Origin: an uncultured Puniceicoccaceae bacterium
GTDB lineage: Bacteria > Verrucomicrobiota > Verrucomicrobiia > Opitutales > Oceanipulchritudinaceae
Direction: 5' to 3'
Assembly (NCBI GenBank): GCA_963933835.1
Contig: CAWVVV010000003.1
Span: forward strand, 1 to 64,000
Length of the DNA: 64,000 nucleotides
In this document: piece by piece, positions 18,534-27,538 of the stretch
Position numbering within the stretch: the first letter of the stretch is position 1
Layout: each line of letters starts with the position of its first letter
Translations under genes and position numbers: made by a program
The notes under the pieces: generated by a model
What the model saw: the letters and a program-made list of their open reading frames with translations, nothing else
What the model was told of the DNA's origin: nothing
Databases searched by the model: none

Positions 18534-19027
18534 TAACCACGGATCTAAATCCATTCGATGCCATAAAGACTTCTCACCACAAAAAGCACAAAAAATTTAT
18601 TTCACAGAAGACACAGAGAAAAGACAACCACTGCAAAGTATAACCACGGATAAACACAGATCTGATCAACAAGTATTCGTGGACAACCCTTACAGATCCA
18701 AAGCTATCCGTGAAGATCCGTGTCCATCCGTGGTTGATCCGACAGAGCCTTAGCTTCTGTTGTTCCAGCCCTTACAGAGCCAATGCATCTGCGAAAATCT
18801 GCGCCATCTGCGGTTAATGAAACATCATTTCAAACCCAGTTTCTCTAGTAGTTCTCACAGAGGCACAGAGACACAGAGCAACCACAGCAAAGCTTAACCA
18901 CGGATCAACACAGATAAACACTGATCTGATCAACTGGATTTAACACATCCCACCTATCCTGTAACCCATGCTGATAGACCAGAGCACCCAGCCATTTGTG
19001 CCTTCCTGTGGTTCTAATCCTTACAGG
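18534..19027. repeat. Mosaic repeat cluster B
   Basis: ATCCGTGAAG-ATCCGTGTCC-ATCCGTGGTT, ATCTGCGAAA-ATCTGCGCC-ATCTGCGGTT and CACAGAGG-CACAGAGA-CACAGAG arms. 18896-18962 matches 15340-15406 at 64/67 positions. Confidence 0.85.
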
Positions 19028-19028
19028 A

Positions 19029-19619
19029 CTAAGCATCCCGCCAGGTCAGGGCGTGGCACATCGCGACCGCAACGGCGTCGGCTTCATCAAATGGGAGCGG
19101 TTCTTTAAGTGCAAGGAGAGCTTGGGTTTGCTTACTCATTTGCTCCTTACTCGCGCGACCAAAGCCTGTCACTGATTTCTTAATACGCAGCGGTGAGTAT
19201 TCGTGGATCTTGAGGCCTTGCATCGAGGCGACACCGATCGCTGCGCCGCGGGCAACACCCATGATTTGGGCGGTGCGGAAGTTCTGCACATAAATCGTTT
19301 CTTCGATCGCAGCGTGGGTGAGCTCGTAGCGTGCAATCGTATCCATGACAGTGCGAGAGATCTCTCCGAGGCACTCCCCCATTGTAAGGCTTTTTTTGAG
19401 TTTGAGGGTCTGACTTTCAATGAGGCGAAATTTATCGGCTCCGAGCACATCGATCACGGCTAGTCCCATCCCACGCAAACTAGGATCGATCCCAAGGAGC
19501 CGTCCACGAAAGCGAGCGCCCGAAGCGACGGAAGGCGCGGCCTTCGCTTTGCCCGTTGGCAATTCATTGCCTCCAGCAAGCTTAGCAGTCCACAACGCAC
19601 GGGATGATTTTGGGGCCAT
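19029..19619 (-). CDS. ruvC: Holliday junction resolvase RuvC
   Basis: LGIDPSL, AIEE, IKKSVTGFGRASKEQM and DEADAVAVA motifs. Confidence 0.93.
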   Translation of the reverse strand: MAPKSSRALWTAKLAGGNELPTGKAKAAPSVASGARFRGRLLGIDPSLRGMGLAVIDVLGADKFRLIESQTLKLKKSLTMGECLGEISRTVMDTIARYELTHAAIEETIYVQNFRTAQIMGVARGAAIGVASMQGLKIHEYSPLRIKKSVTGFGRASKEQMSKQTQALLALKEPLPFDEADAVAVAMCHALTWRDA

Positions 19620-19628
19620 ATTCGGACT

Positions 19629-20387
19629 CTAAAAAAACAGTAGCTTAACGCCAGCGACAATCACGAAGAACCAGACGACCCGAACAAACCATTGATCATT
19701 GATCCGTCGCACGATGAAGGGAGCGACAAAGGCCCCAAGAATTGCAAAAGGCATGAGGCGAAAACTGACGCTGAGCGAGGAAAGGTGTAGGATCCCGAGG
19801 CAGCTTTGGAACGGCAGTTTAAAGACGTTGATGAGAAAGAAGACCCAAGCTGAGGTGCCGACAAAAACCGTTTTGGGTAGTCCGGCCGAAAGGAAGAAGA
19901 GTTGACCGACTGGGCCGGCTGCATTTGCGAGCATCGTAGCGATGCCTCCAATGAGCCCGAGACTGCCGGCGTAGACTCGATTATTGGGTGAGAGTTTCTC
20001 GGCTAACTTTGGCGAACGTTTATGCAAATATTTTCGGAGGATTTGCAGCAGGGTCATTCCGAGAACAACAAACCCGATCATCCGGCGAATCCCATCACTC
20101 GAAATCGCTCCGAATAAGAGGGTCCCAAAGACAACGCCGACCGCCATCCATGGCCACAATCGCCAGAGGCTCCGCCAATCAACCGTCCGCCGATAGATGA
20201 CCACGGCGACGATGTCAGCACTGATAAGGATAGGCAGGAGCAATCCGACGGATGCCTTGGGCTCAAAAATGGAGGCAAAGATAAGCACCGTGAGGCTTCC
20301 GACGCCCGGCAATCCACCCTTTGAGAGTCCGGTCAGAAAGCAAGCGAAGGCAGCCAGTGCCCAAACCTCCAAGGTCAGACCACTCAT
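19629..20387 (-). CDS. TauE/SafE (TSUP) family membrane transporter
   Basis: GLSKGGLPG and TMLANAAGP motifs; about eight TM segments. Confidence 0.85.
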   Translation of the reverse strand: MSGLTLEVWALAAFACFLTGLSKGGLPGVGSLTVLIFASIFEPKASVGLLLPILISADIVAVVIYRRTVDWRSLWRLWPWMAVGVVFGTLLFGAISSDGIRRMIGFVVLGMTLLQILRKYLHKRSPKLAEKLSPNNRVYAGSLGLIGGIATMLANAAGPVGQLFFLSAGLPKTVFVGTSAWVFFLINVFKLPFQSCLGILHLSSLSVSFRLMPFAILGAFVAPFIVRRINDQWFVRVVWFFVIVAGVKLLFF

Positions 20388-21481
20388 GCTCCGTCTCCGT
20401 TCTTTCCGGAATTAAATAGGCCAGCTTTCACGTCCCAAAACTGCCACTCGCCCTTGCGTCCGCCGAGCGGCTTTTGCGTCCCTGAGGCGATGACTTGAAT
20501 GTCTTCATCGAGTGTATTCCAAAAAAGACGACGCCGTTCCTCATCAAGCTCGAGCAGGACATCGTCGGCCAGGACAACGGGGGTTGCACCCAAGATACGG
20601 CGAAAGCGTAAGACCGCCGCAAGTTTGAGGGCGAGAACGTAGCCACGTTGCTGTCCTTCGGACCCGTAGTCTCGTGCCTTGCGCCCACCCATAAAGAATT
20701 GGAGGTCGTCGCGGTGTGGACCACTAAGGGTTGAGCCTAGTGCCATATCGCGCTTGAGACCCTTTGAGAGCGCTTCTCGATACTCAACCTTATCGGTCGA
20801 CTCAATGCTCGCTTGATAACGCACCTCGACGGTCTCATCGGCCGGCGAGTAGGCTTGATAAAGATCCTGTAGGTCTCGGTTGAGTGTATCCACGGCGTCG
20901 ATACGGGTCGCGACAAGGATCGCTCCGGCCTGCGCCAGGGGTAGATCAAAGGCAGCCAGCTCAAGACCTCCACGGCCTTTCTTGAGGAGCGCGTTGCGGT
21001 CTTTGAGGACGCGGGTGTAAGCGCGCAAGGCCTCGAAGTAGCCATCACCGGTGCCCGCAAGGAGGAGATCGAGAAAACGACGACGTGCGCCCGGTGCGCC
21101 ACGCAGCAACTCGATATCATCGGAGCAAATCGGCACGACCGGATACTGGCCAACAAAGTCCTGTTGCCGCCGAACGCGCTCGCCATCGACATAGAGCTCG
21201 CGGCCGGTTTTCTTTATCACCACCTCGATCTCGCATTCGCCACGGCTCTCATGATCGAGAACAAAGCGGAGGCGAGCCTCACCGGATCCCTCATCGCGAA
21301 TTAGATGGCGAAGGTCACTGGTGCGAAAACTACGCAGGGCCGTCAGCAAACCGCAGGCCTCGAGGAAAGAGGTTTTACCTTGGGCATTCTTCCCAAGGAA
21401 GAAAGCGTCCGATGTCCCGAGCTCTACATGAGCTAAGGGGATGTTTCTAAAGTCTTGGAGATGGACCTCGCGAATGCGCAC
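20384..21481 (-). CDS. recF: DNA replication/repair protein RecF
   Basis: Walker A GKNAQGKT, GPHRDDL, SEGQQR and LADDVLLELD motifs. Confidence 0.95.
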   Translation of the reverse strand: MRIREVHLQDFRNIPLAHVELGTSDAFFLGKNAQGKTSFLEACGLLTALRSFRTSDLRHLIRDEGSGEARLRFVLDHESRGECEIEVVIKKTGRELYVDGERVRRQQDFVGQYPVVPICSDDIELLRGAPGARRRFLDLLLAGTGDGYFEALRAYTRVLKDRNALLKKGRGGLELAAFDLPLAQAGAILVATRIDAVDTLNRDLQDLYQAYSPADETVEVRYQASIESTDKVEYREALSKGLKRDMALGSTLSGPHRDDLQFFMGGRKARDYGSEGQQRGYVLALKLAAVLRFRRILGATPVVLADDVLLELDEERRRLFWNTLDEDIQVIASGTQKPLGGRKGEWQFWDVKAGLFNSGKNGDGA

Positions 21482-21534
21482 TCAACTAGAGGTTCGGAAG
21501 GAGGCGCGGGTGGCAACCCTTGAGGAGAAGAAAT

Positions 21535-22686
21535 CTACAGTGCATCCGGATCAATGACGGTGACGAGGTCGCCTGAATCGTCGTCGAGGTCGAGTTCGGC
21601 GAGGACGGCATCGAGCGCACCACGCAGCCCGAGCCAGGCTGCCTCATCGGTTTCAGGACCACTGCTGATCCGAATCACACGCGATGACTCATCGTCGGTC
21701 AGACCGAGCGCCTTCATGACATGACTCGGGCCAACCTTCGTCGTCGCACACGCAGCACCGGACGAAACAATAAAGCCATGCTTCTCGAGACGCGGGAGCC
21801 AGCGGGTTGCCTTATGCCGGGGGATAAGAAGTGAAAGGGTGTTCGGTAGGCGTGGCAGATCCTCACCGATGATGCGGAAAGCTGAGCCACTGAGGGTCTT
21901 CAAAAACGCATCGAGGTTTTCCCTCGGCCAACCAGCAGCCGGTTGAGCAGCGATGGCCGCGGTGATCGCGGCGATACCCTCGAGGTTTTCTGTTCCAGCG
22001 TGATGACCGTGTTCCTGACCACCGCCAATACGCCCACGAAAGCCGGCCGCTGCGTCGCTCAGAACGAGGACACCCGTTCCTCGGGGTCCACCAAACTTAT
22101 GCCCACTCACGGTCAGATAGTCGACCGCAGGCAGTTCTGATGACGGAAGCTTTCCAATCCATTGGGCGGCATCACAAAGGATGAGGATCCCGAGCGTCTG
22201 GCAAAGCAGCGCCAATTCGCTGAGCGGTTGAAGTAAACCGGATTCATTGTTCGCCGCCATGAGACCGACGAGGGCGTAGGGCTTTGCTCTTAATTGCTCC
22301 TCTACCGCTTGAAGATCGATCACTCCCCTCGCATCCAGCGGCATAAAGTCGAGGCGATTAGGAAATAACGCCTGCGCGGGCTCTAGCACCGCAGGGTGTT
22401 CAAAGGGGGACAAAAGGAGGCGCGCATCTCGGTTCGCGTTTCGCTCCGTCCATGAAAGCACAGCGTTGCTTGCTTCGGTCGTGCCAGCGGTGAAAACGAT
22501 ATTCTCTGGGCGACATGCAAAGTGCACCGCCCACGCCTCACGACATTCCGACAAGAAGACGCGCGCAGCTGACGCAGGTTGAGATGCACTCGAAGGGTTC
22601 GCCCAATACTTTCCAGCAGCGGCCGCCCATGCTTCGTGTGCGGCTGGCAGCAACGGGCAGGTAGAGTTGTAATCAAAGTAATTCAT
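21535..22686 (-). CDS. Cysteine desulfurase (IscS/NifS family)
   Basis: YFDYNST, ANNESG, DAAQ, SGHKFGGP (PLP Lys) and SSGAAC (catalytic Cys). Confidence 0.9.
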   Translation of the reverse strand: MNYFDYNSTCPLLPAAHEAWAAAAGKYWANPSSASQPASAARVFLSECREAWAVHFACRPENIVFTAGTTEASNAVLSWTERNANRDARLLLSPFEHPAVLEPAQALFPNRLDFMPLDARGVIDLQAVEEQLRAKPYALVGLMAANNESGLLQPLSELALLCQTLGILILCDAAQWIGKLPSSELPAVDYLTVSGHKFGGPRGTGVLVLSDAAAGFRGRIGGGQEHGHHAGTENLEGIAAITAAIAAQPAAGWPRENLDAFLKTLSGSAFRIIGEDLPRLPNTLSLLIPRHKATRWLPRLEKHGFIVSSGAACATTKVGPSHVMKALGLTDDESSRVIRISSGPETDEAAWLGLRGALDAVLAELDLDDDSGDLVTVIDPDAL

Positions 22687-22713
22687 CGGAGCTCCAGATA
22701 AATGGAACTGTGC

Positions 22714-23256
22714 TTACTTTTCGAATACTGCAGCGACGGCAGAAACAATCTCACTGACAGGCGCCAGCTTTCCGTTGCCCTCATAACCACAGGCGAGCAT
22801 GCCTTCCGCTGGAGCAATAAAGGTGTGCCCACGCGCCTTGAGTGTTTCCAAATTCGCCTGCGTAGCAGGATGTTCATACATCTTACCATTCATCGCCGGA
22901 GCAATGAGCGTTGGTGCACGGGTTGCCAGATAAATGCAGGTGAGCAAGTCCTCTGCGAGCCCGGTAGCAAAACGACTGATCGTCGCGGCGGTCGCGGGTG
23001 CGACGAGGAGGAGGTCAGCCTTGTCCGCCATCTCGATGTGGCCTGGCTGCCAGCCATTCTCTTCCTCCCAGAGGTCAACACCAACCGGCTGTCGACTCAT
23101 CGTCTGCAGAGCAAGCGGCGTGATGAAGCGAGCAGCCGAAGCGGTCATCACTACTTGAACGGTAGCGCCTGCCTTCACAAGTTCGCTTGTGATATCGGCA
23201 GCTTTGTAGGCCGCAATTGAACCGGTGACCCCGAGAATGATCGTCTTCCCCTTCAT
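22714..23256 (-). CDS. coaC: Phosphopantothenoylcysteine decarboxylase (stand-alone flavoprotein domain of CoaBC)
   Basis: GVTGSIAAYKA, APATA, APAMN and GMLACGYEG.GKL motifs; no CoaB domain. Confidence 0.88.
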   Translation of the reverse strand: MKGKTIILGVTGSIAAYKAADITSELVKAGATVQVVMTASAARFITPLALQTMSRQPVGVDLWEEENGWQPGHIEMADKADLLLVAPATAATISRFATGLAEDLLTCIYLATRAPTLIAPAMNGKMYEHPATQANLETLKARGHTFIAPAEGMLACGYEGNGKLAPVSEIVSAVAAVFEK

Positions 23257-23340
23257 TGTTGAAAGCATCCTCAATCAGTTTTGGCGCGACGGCAAACCCG
23301 TTTAACACATATTAGGATCGACTGCGCTGCAGGTTGAATC

Positions 23341-23368
23341 TTGACATCAGAAGTGCCCTCGCGAGCCT
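23341..23368 (+). promoter_or_regulatory. Putative sigma70-type promoter of the leuA leader
   Basis: TTGACA-N16-GAGCCT, 8 nt before the leader ATG. Confidence 0.5.
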
Positions 23369-23376
23369 TCCAATCT

Positions 23377-23460
23377 ATGCAATCGCACACCATCAAACAC
23401 ATTCAAGCCCGTCACTGGAACCTGTGGCGCGGAGGTGCGGGTGATCGACTTCGGGCTTAG
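23377..23460 (+). CDS. Putative leader peptide, 27 aa (MQSHTIKHIQARHWNLWRGGAGDRLRA)
   Basis: Short ORF between the promoter and leuA. AAGCCCG (23405-23411) pairs with CGGGCTT (23452-23458), and a hairpin with a U-tract follows. Confidence 0.6.
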   Translation: MQSHTIKHIQARHWNLWRGGAGDRLRA

Positions 23461-23480
23461 AACACAATCCGTTCTACAAG

Positions 23481-23536
23481 ATCGGACCGAGAAACTGTGG
23501 CAAGTCATGCCCACCGGTCCTGATTCATTCTTTTTT
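23481..23536 (+). terminator. Putative attenuator terminator upstream of leuA
   Basis: ATCGGACCG...GTGGCA-AGTCA-TGCCCAC-CGGTCCTGAT imperfect stem followed by TCATTCTTTTTT. Confidence 0.5.
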
Positions 23537-23576
23537 CGATAAGAGAAACTTAGCCCGATAACCCCTTTCGTTCACA

Positions 23577-25268
23577 ATGCAAAAGCATCCCATTTCAAAG
23601 TATCGTCCCTATCCTACGATCGAATTGCCCGATCGCCAGTGGCCCGATAAGCCAATTTCAAGCTGCCCAATTTGGAGCAGTGTTGACCTGCGCGACGGCA
23701 ACCAAGCGTTGCCGATTCCGATGACCGTAGAGGAGAAGCTCGAGCTCTTCGATTTGCTCGTAAAAACGGGTTTTAAAGAAATCGAAATCGGGTTTCCAAG
23801 CGCATCTGATACCGAGTTCAACTTCGCCCGTCGCCTCATCGAAGAGGACCGCATTCCGGAAGGCGTGAGCGTCCAGGTTCTGGTGCAATGCCGAGAACAC
23901 CTCATCCGCCGCACCTTTGAGGCCATCCGTGGGGCACCCGCTGCGATCGTGCATTTCTACAATAGCACGAACCCGCTACAGCGCCGCGTCACCTTCGGAA
24001 AAACAAAGGAAGAGATCAAAACGATCGCGGTAGAAGGTGCCAAACTCGTTCGCCGCTTGGCCGACGAGGAGCCTGAGAGCGAACGTATCCGGTTTCAATA
24101 CAGCCCGGAGAGCTTTACCGACACGGAGCTCCCCTATGCTCTGGAAGTCTGCGAAGCGGTGATGGACGCGATCAAGCCCACACCGACGAAACCGTTGATC
24201 CTGAATTTGCCCGCCACCGTAGAGCTCTTCACGCCGAATCTGCATGCAGACCAAATCGAGTGGTTTTCACGCAACGTGAAGCAACGTGACTCGATCATCA
24301 TCAGCCTGCACACCCACAACGACCGGGGAACCGGCGTGGCTGCGAGTGAGCTCGGATTAATGGCGGGCGCGCAACGCGTCGAAGGAACGCTCTTCGGCAA
24401 TGGGGAGCGCACCGGGAATCTCGATATCGTGACGGTTGCACTGAACTTGTACACTCAAGGGATCGACCCTGAGCTGGATTTCAGCAATCTGGGCAACACC
24501 CGAAGCATCTACGAAAAGTGCACCCGGATGACGGTGCATGACCGCCACCCCTATGCTGGAGACCTCGTCTTCACGGCCTTCAGTGGCAGTCATCAAGATG
24601 CGATCAAGAAGGGCATCGATGTCCGCGGTTCAAGCCAACCAACGCCTCCGGATGATCGCTGGGCAGTGCCCTATCTCCCGATCGATCCGGCCGACATCGG
24701 TCGGAGCTACCAGGCAATCATTCGCATCAACAGCCAAAGCGGAAAAGGTGGCGTGGCCTACATTCTCGAACGCGAGTTCGGCATTGAAATGCCAAAGCTG
24801 ATGCATCCCGAATTTGGACAATTAGCAACGAACCTAGCGGATGAGCGTGGTTCGGAGCTCGATAGCACACAGATCAAAGGCGCTTTTCAAGAGTCCTACC
24901 TCGACCTAAAAAGGCCGTTGGAGCTGGTCGACTACGAACTCAAACACGCTTCAAGCACGAGCCCCGTCGAGGTCAAAGCGAGCGTAAACTGGGAGGGCAA
25001 AAAGCACGAAATCAGCGGTAGTGGGATTGGACCGATCGCTGCCTTCATCGACGCCCTCAAAGCCGCCGATTGGAAAGATTTCAAACTCCTCGACTACAGT
25101 CAAAAGGCAGTCACGAAAGGCTCGACCGCCAAAGCCGTCAGCTTCGTTTTGATTGAGCGCTTGTCCGACGAGCAGACCTTTTGGGGCGCGAGCCTAGAGG
25201 CGAACGTTGAGTCAGGCAGTCTGCTCGCGATCGTCAGCGCGGTGAACCGCTCTCGAGCAAATAGGTAG
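23577..25268 (+). CDS. leuA: 2-isopropylmalate synthase (LEU4/actinobacterial type)
   Basis: SVDLRDGNQAL, YSPESF, LHTHNDRG, GNGERTGN, AFSGSHQDAIKKG and IRINSQSGKGG motifs. Confidence 0.95.
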   Translation: MQKHPISKYRPYPTIELPDRQWPDKPISSCPIWSSVDLRDGNQALPIPMTVEEKLELFDLLVKTGFKEIEIGFPSASDTEFNFARRLIEEDRIPEGVSVQVLVQCREHLIRRTFEAIRGAPAAIVHFYNSTNPLQRRVTFGKTKEEIKTIAVEGAKLVRRLADEEPESERIRFQYSPESFTDTELPYALEVCEAVMDAIKPTPTKPLILNLPATVELFTPNLHADQIEWFSRNVKQRDSIIISLHTHNDRGTGVAASELGLMAGAQRVEGTLFGNGERTGNLDIVTVALNLYTQGIDPELDFSNLGNTRSIYEKCTRMTVHDRHPYAGDLVFTAFSGSHQDAIKKGIDVRGSSQPTPPDDRWAVPYLPIDPADIGRSYQAIIRINSQSGKGGVAYILEREFGIEMPKLMHPEFGQLATNLADERGSELDSTQIKGAFQESYLDLKRPLELVDYELKHASSTSPVEVKASVNWEGKKHEISGSGIGPIAAFIDALKAADWKDFKLLDYSQKAVTKGSTAKAVSFVLIERLSDEQTFWGASLEANVESGSLLAIVSAVNRSRANR

Positions 25269-25423
25269 CAGACCCCACAATATTTGGGGGATTCGTCAAA
25301 AAACACCGACTATTTGTAAAGATTTCGAGTGCATTTGGCTCAAACACCGTTCTTAATAGGGGATTCTAGTTACCCCACTGGGTTGCTCTGCCCGCTCGTC
25401 TCCCATTTCCGCACTTTCTGTTC

Positions 25424-26092
25424 ATGAAAAAAGTCGCCATTATTGAGGATCAAACCGCCGTCCGTGAGATGATTGCACAAATCGTCCGCGCCGATCCCGA
25501 ATTCGAGGTCATTGCTGAAGTCGGCGAAGGCCAACTCGCTCATGACATCTGCATCGAGCACAAGCCAGACTTCGTCATTCTCGATATCATGCTACCTGGG
25601 CTTAACGGTGCCGAAGTGCTCCGCCGATTCTCCCGCCAGCTCCCAAAGACCCGCGTCCTTATCTTTTCCGGTTACCAAGACAGTGCACTCCTTCGTGAGC
25701 TCCTCGAAGCAGGCGCACACGGCTTCATCGGCAAGTCAGCTCCCCTTAACGAGCTCCAAAAAGGCATCCAAATCGTCTCTAGTGGCGGAAGTTACTTTAG
25801 CCCAGAGGTCGCTCAGATCCTGCGCGAAGCGATGACGAATCCCGCAGGATCAGCTAACTCAGCTGTTCAGCGTTTAACAGCGCGGGAACGCGAGATTCTA
25901 CAACTCATCGCGGAGAGCCATAGAACGAAGGAAATCGCTTCAAAACTGACTATTAGTGTAAAAACGGCGGAAAACCACCGCACAAATCTAATGAAGAAGC
26001 TCGATCGGCACGATATAGCTAGTCTCACACGATTTGCGATTGAATTTAGGTTGATTGAATCACCCACACGTCCTTCCTTCGTGACAAACTAA
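25424..26092 (+). CDS. NarL/LuxR-family response regulator
   Basis: Receiver domain plus [14 protein letters not shown]...[20 protein letters not shown]. Confidence 0.92.
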   Translation: MKKVAIIEDQTAVREMIAQIVRADPEFEVIAEVGEGQLAHDICIEHKPDFVILDIMLPGLNGAEVLRRFSRQLPKTRVLIFSGYQDSALLRELLEAGAHGFIGKSAPLNELQKGIQIVSSGGSYFSPEVAQILREAMTNPAGSANSAVQRLTAREREILQLIAESHRTKEIASKLTISVKTAENHRTNLMKKLDRHDIASLTRFAIEFRLIESPTRPSFVTN

Positions 26093-26152
26093 GGCACTGA
26101 CTGCCTTGTTGCACCTCAACGAAGCCAATTTTTCTGATCCGAAGACTTTAAT

Positions 26153-26725
26153 ATGAAACGCATTCCTACACTCGCTGCTTTTCTAGCACTGATGATTCTT
26201 GCTACTGCGTGTCGGCAACCACCGACACCACCGCAACCCAACATGACTCAAGCGCCATCTTCGGCGAACGGCAGTGGGAATTACGGCAGCAACAACCTCG
26301 GAACGCTCGCAACAAATCTGGAGATCGCACCATCAACTGGTCTCGAAGAGCGAGCAGCCGGTTTCGACGGCATTAACGACGCGAACCGCCTCGAAGGGAT
26401 TCTTCCGTCGGTCTACTTTGATTTCGATCAATCAGCTCTTCGCCCCCAAGACCGCCCTCTCATTCAACAAGCGGCTGACTATCTTTTGGACAACTCCGGC
26501 GCGAAGCTCCTCGTTGAAGGACATTGCGACTGGCGTGGAACAACCGAATACAACATGGCGCTGGGCGAACGGCGGGCAGCAAATGCTCGTGAATATCTTC
26601 TCAGTCTAGGCATTGACCCGAATCGCGTAGAGATCGTCACCCTTGGTGACCGCGCATCGACGCAGTCCTCTGATGGAAATATGCTTCAGAGAGATCGTCG
26701 AGCCGACTTGGTGATCATTTACTAA
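26153..26725 (+). CDS. pal: Pal-like OmpA-family peptidoglycan-associated lipoprotein
   Basis: Lipobox ATAC, VYFDFD, EGHCDWRGTTEYNMALGERRA and DRRAD motifs. Confidence 0.85.
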   Translation: MKRIPTLAAFLALMILATACRQPPTPPQPNMTQAPSSANGSGNYGSNNLGTLATNLEIAPSTGLEERAAGFDGINDANRLEGILPSVYFDFDQSALRPQDRPLIQQAADYLLDNSGAKLLVEGHCDWRGTTEYNMALGERRAANAREYLLSLGIDPNRVEIVTLGDRASTQSSDGNMLQRDRRADLVIIY

Positions 26726-27011
26726 GTCCATTCGAGAGCTTTCGCCCTCGAATTCAGTAGATCACAGGCTGTTGGCACGCATTTGAGTGTCCTGCTTTGG
26801 TCGCCAATTTGACTCTTCCCTGACTGTTCAGCTGTAACAGAGAAGTAAATTTGTGGCTCATTAAGGGATATTCACATTTAGAACTTGAGGTATTAACCCC
26901 AATTCCTATCAATATGCGCTCACGATGAGGCTGTGACGAACTTGCCTACGGTCACGTCTCTTCCACACCTGTCCATACGGTGGAGTTACACCTTAAAAAC
27001 CGATACAACCA

Positions 27012-27503
27012 ATGAACGTCGACATTCCAGAAGAGCTCCACGAGAAGATGCTCGATTTTGGTGATCGCATAAATTGGTCCAATGTTGCCGCCGCTGCTTT
27101 CTCCGAGTTAATCGCGAAAAACAAAGTCCTCCTTGATCTTGATGACTTGGGCGCAGCCACTGATCGGCTACGGGCTTCGAAAGTCCGCCACGCCGAAACC
27201 GCTTCAGAATACTGGAAATCGCTCGGACGCCGATGGGCGAAAATTGACGCTAAATACGTTCAACTGATGCGCCTCTGCAGCTCATACGTCAGGGACAGCC
27301 AGCTTGAGGGTTGGCCGATATTCGATGAGCACCTTTTGACTTCAGGGCAGCAACTCTGTGAAATCTTGGACCCCGGCGGAAACCTTCATCCAGATGAAGT
27401 CTTTGGGGATCTTTGGACCGAAATCGATTTGAACACGAATGCCGTCAAAGAGTTTTGTGGCGGAGCGGCAGAGATTTTCAACTCTCTCAAAGAGCGCATT
27501 TAA
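27012..27503 (+). CDS. Hypothetical protein with ribbon-helix-helix-like N-terminus
   Basis: MNVDIPEELHEKM....INWSNVAAAAF pattern (strand-helix-helix). Confidence 0.65.
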   Translation: MNVDIPEELHEKMLDFGDRINWSNVAAAAFSELIAKNKVLLDLDDLGAATDRLRASKVRHAETASEYWKSLGRRWAKIDAKYVQLMRLCSSYVRDSQLEGWPIFDEHLLTSGQQLCEILDPGGNLHPDEVFGDLWTEIDLNTNAVKEFCGGAAEIFNSLKERI

Positions 27504-27538
27504 GGCTGCCTAAGCCCACTGCGTTTCACCCCTCGGTT

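Noticed and set aside
15179..19027. CRISPR array interpretation of the repeat clusters
   Set aside because: No constant repeat with unique, equal-length spacers; modules vary, occur in both orientations, and no cas genes are present.
25271..25293. Terminator after leuA
   Set aside because: Only a 5-6 bp stem (CCCCA/TGGGG) with no U-tract on the + strand.
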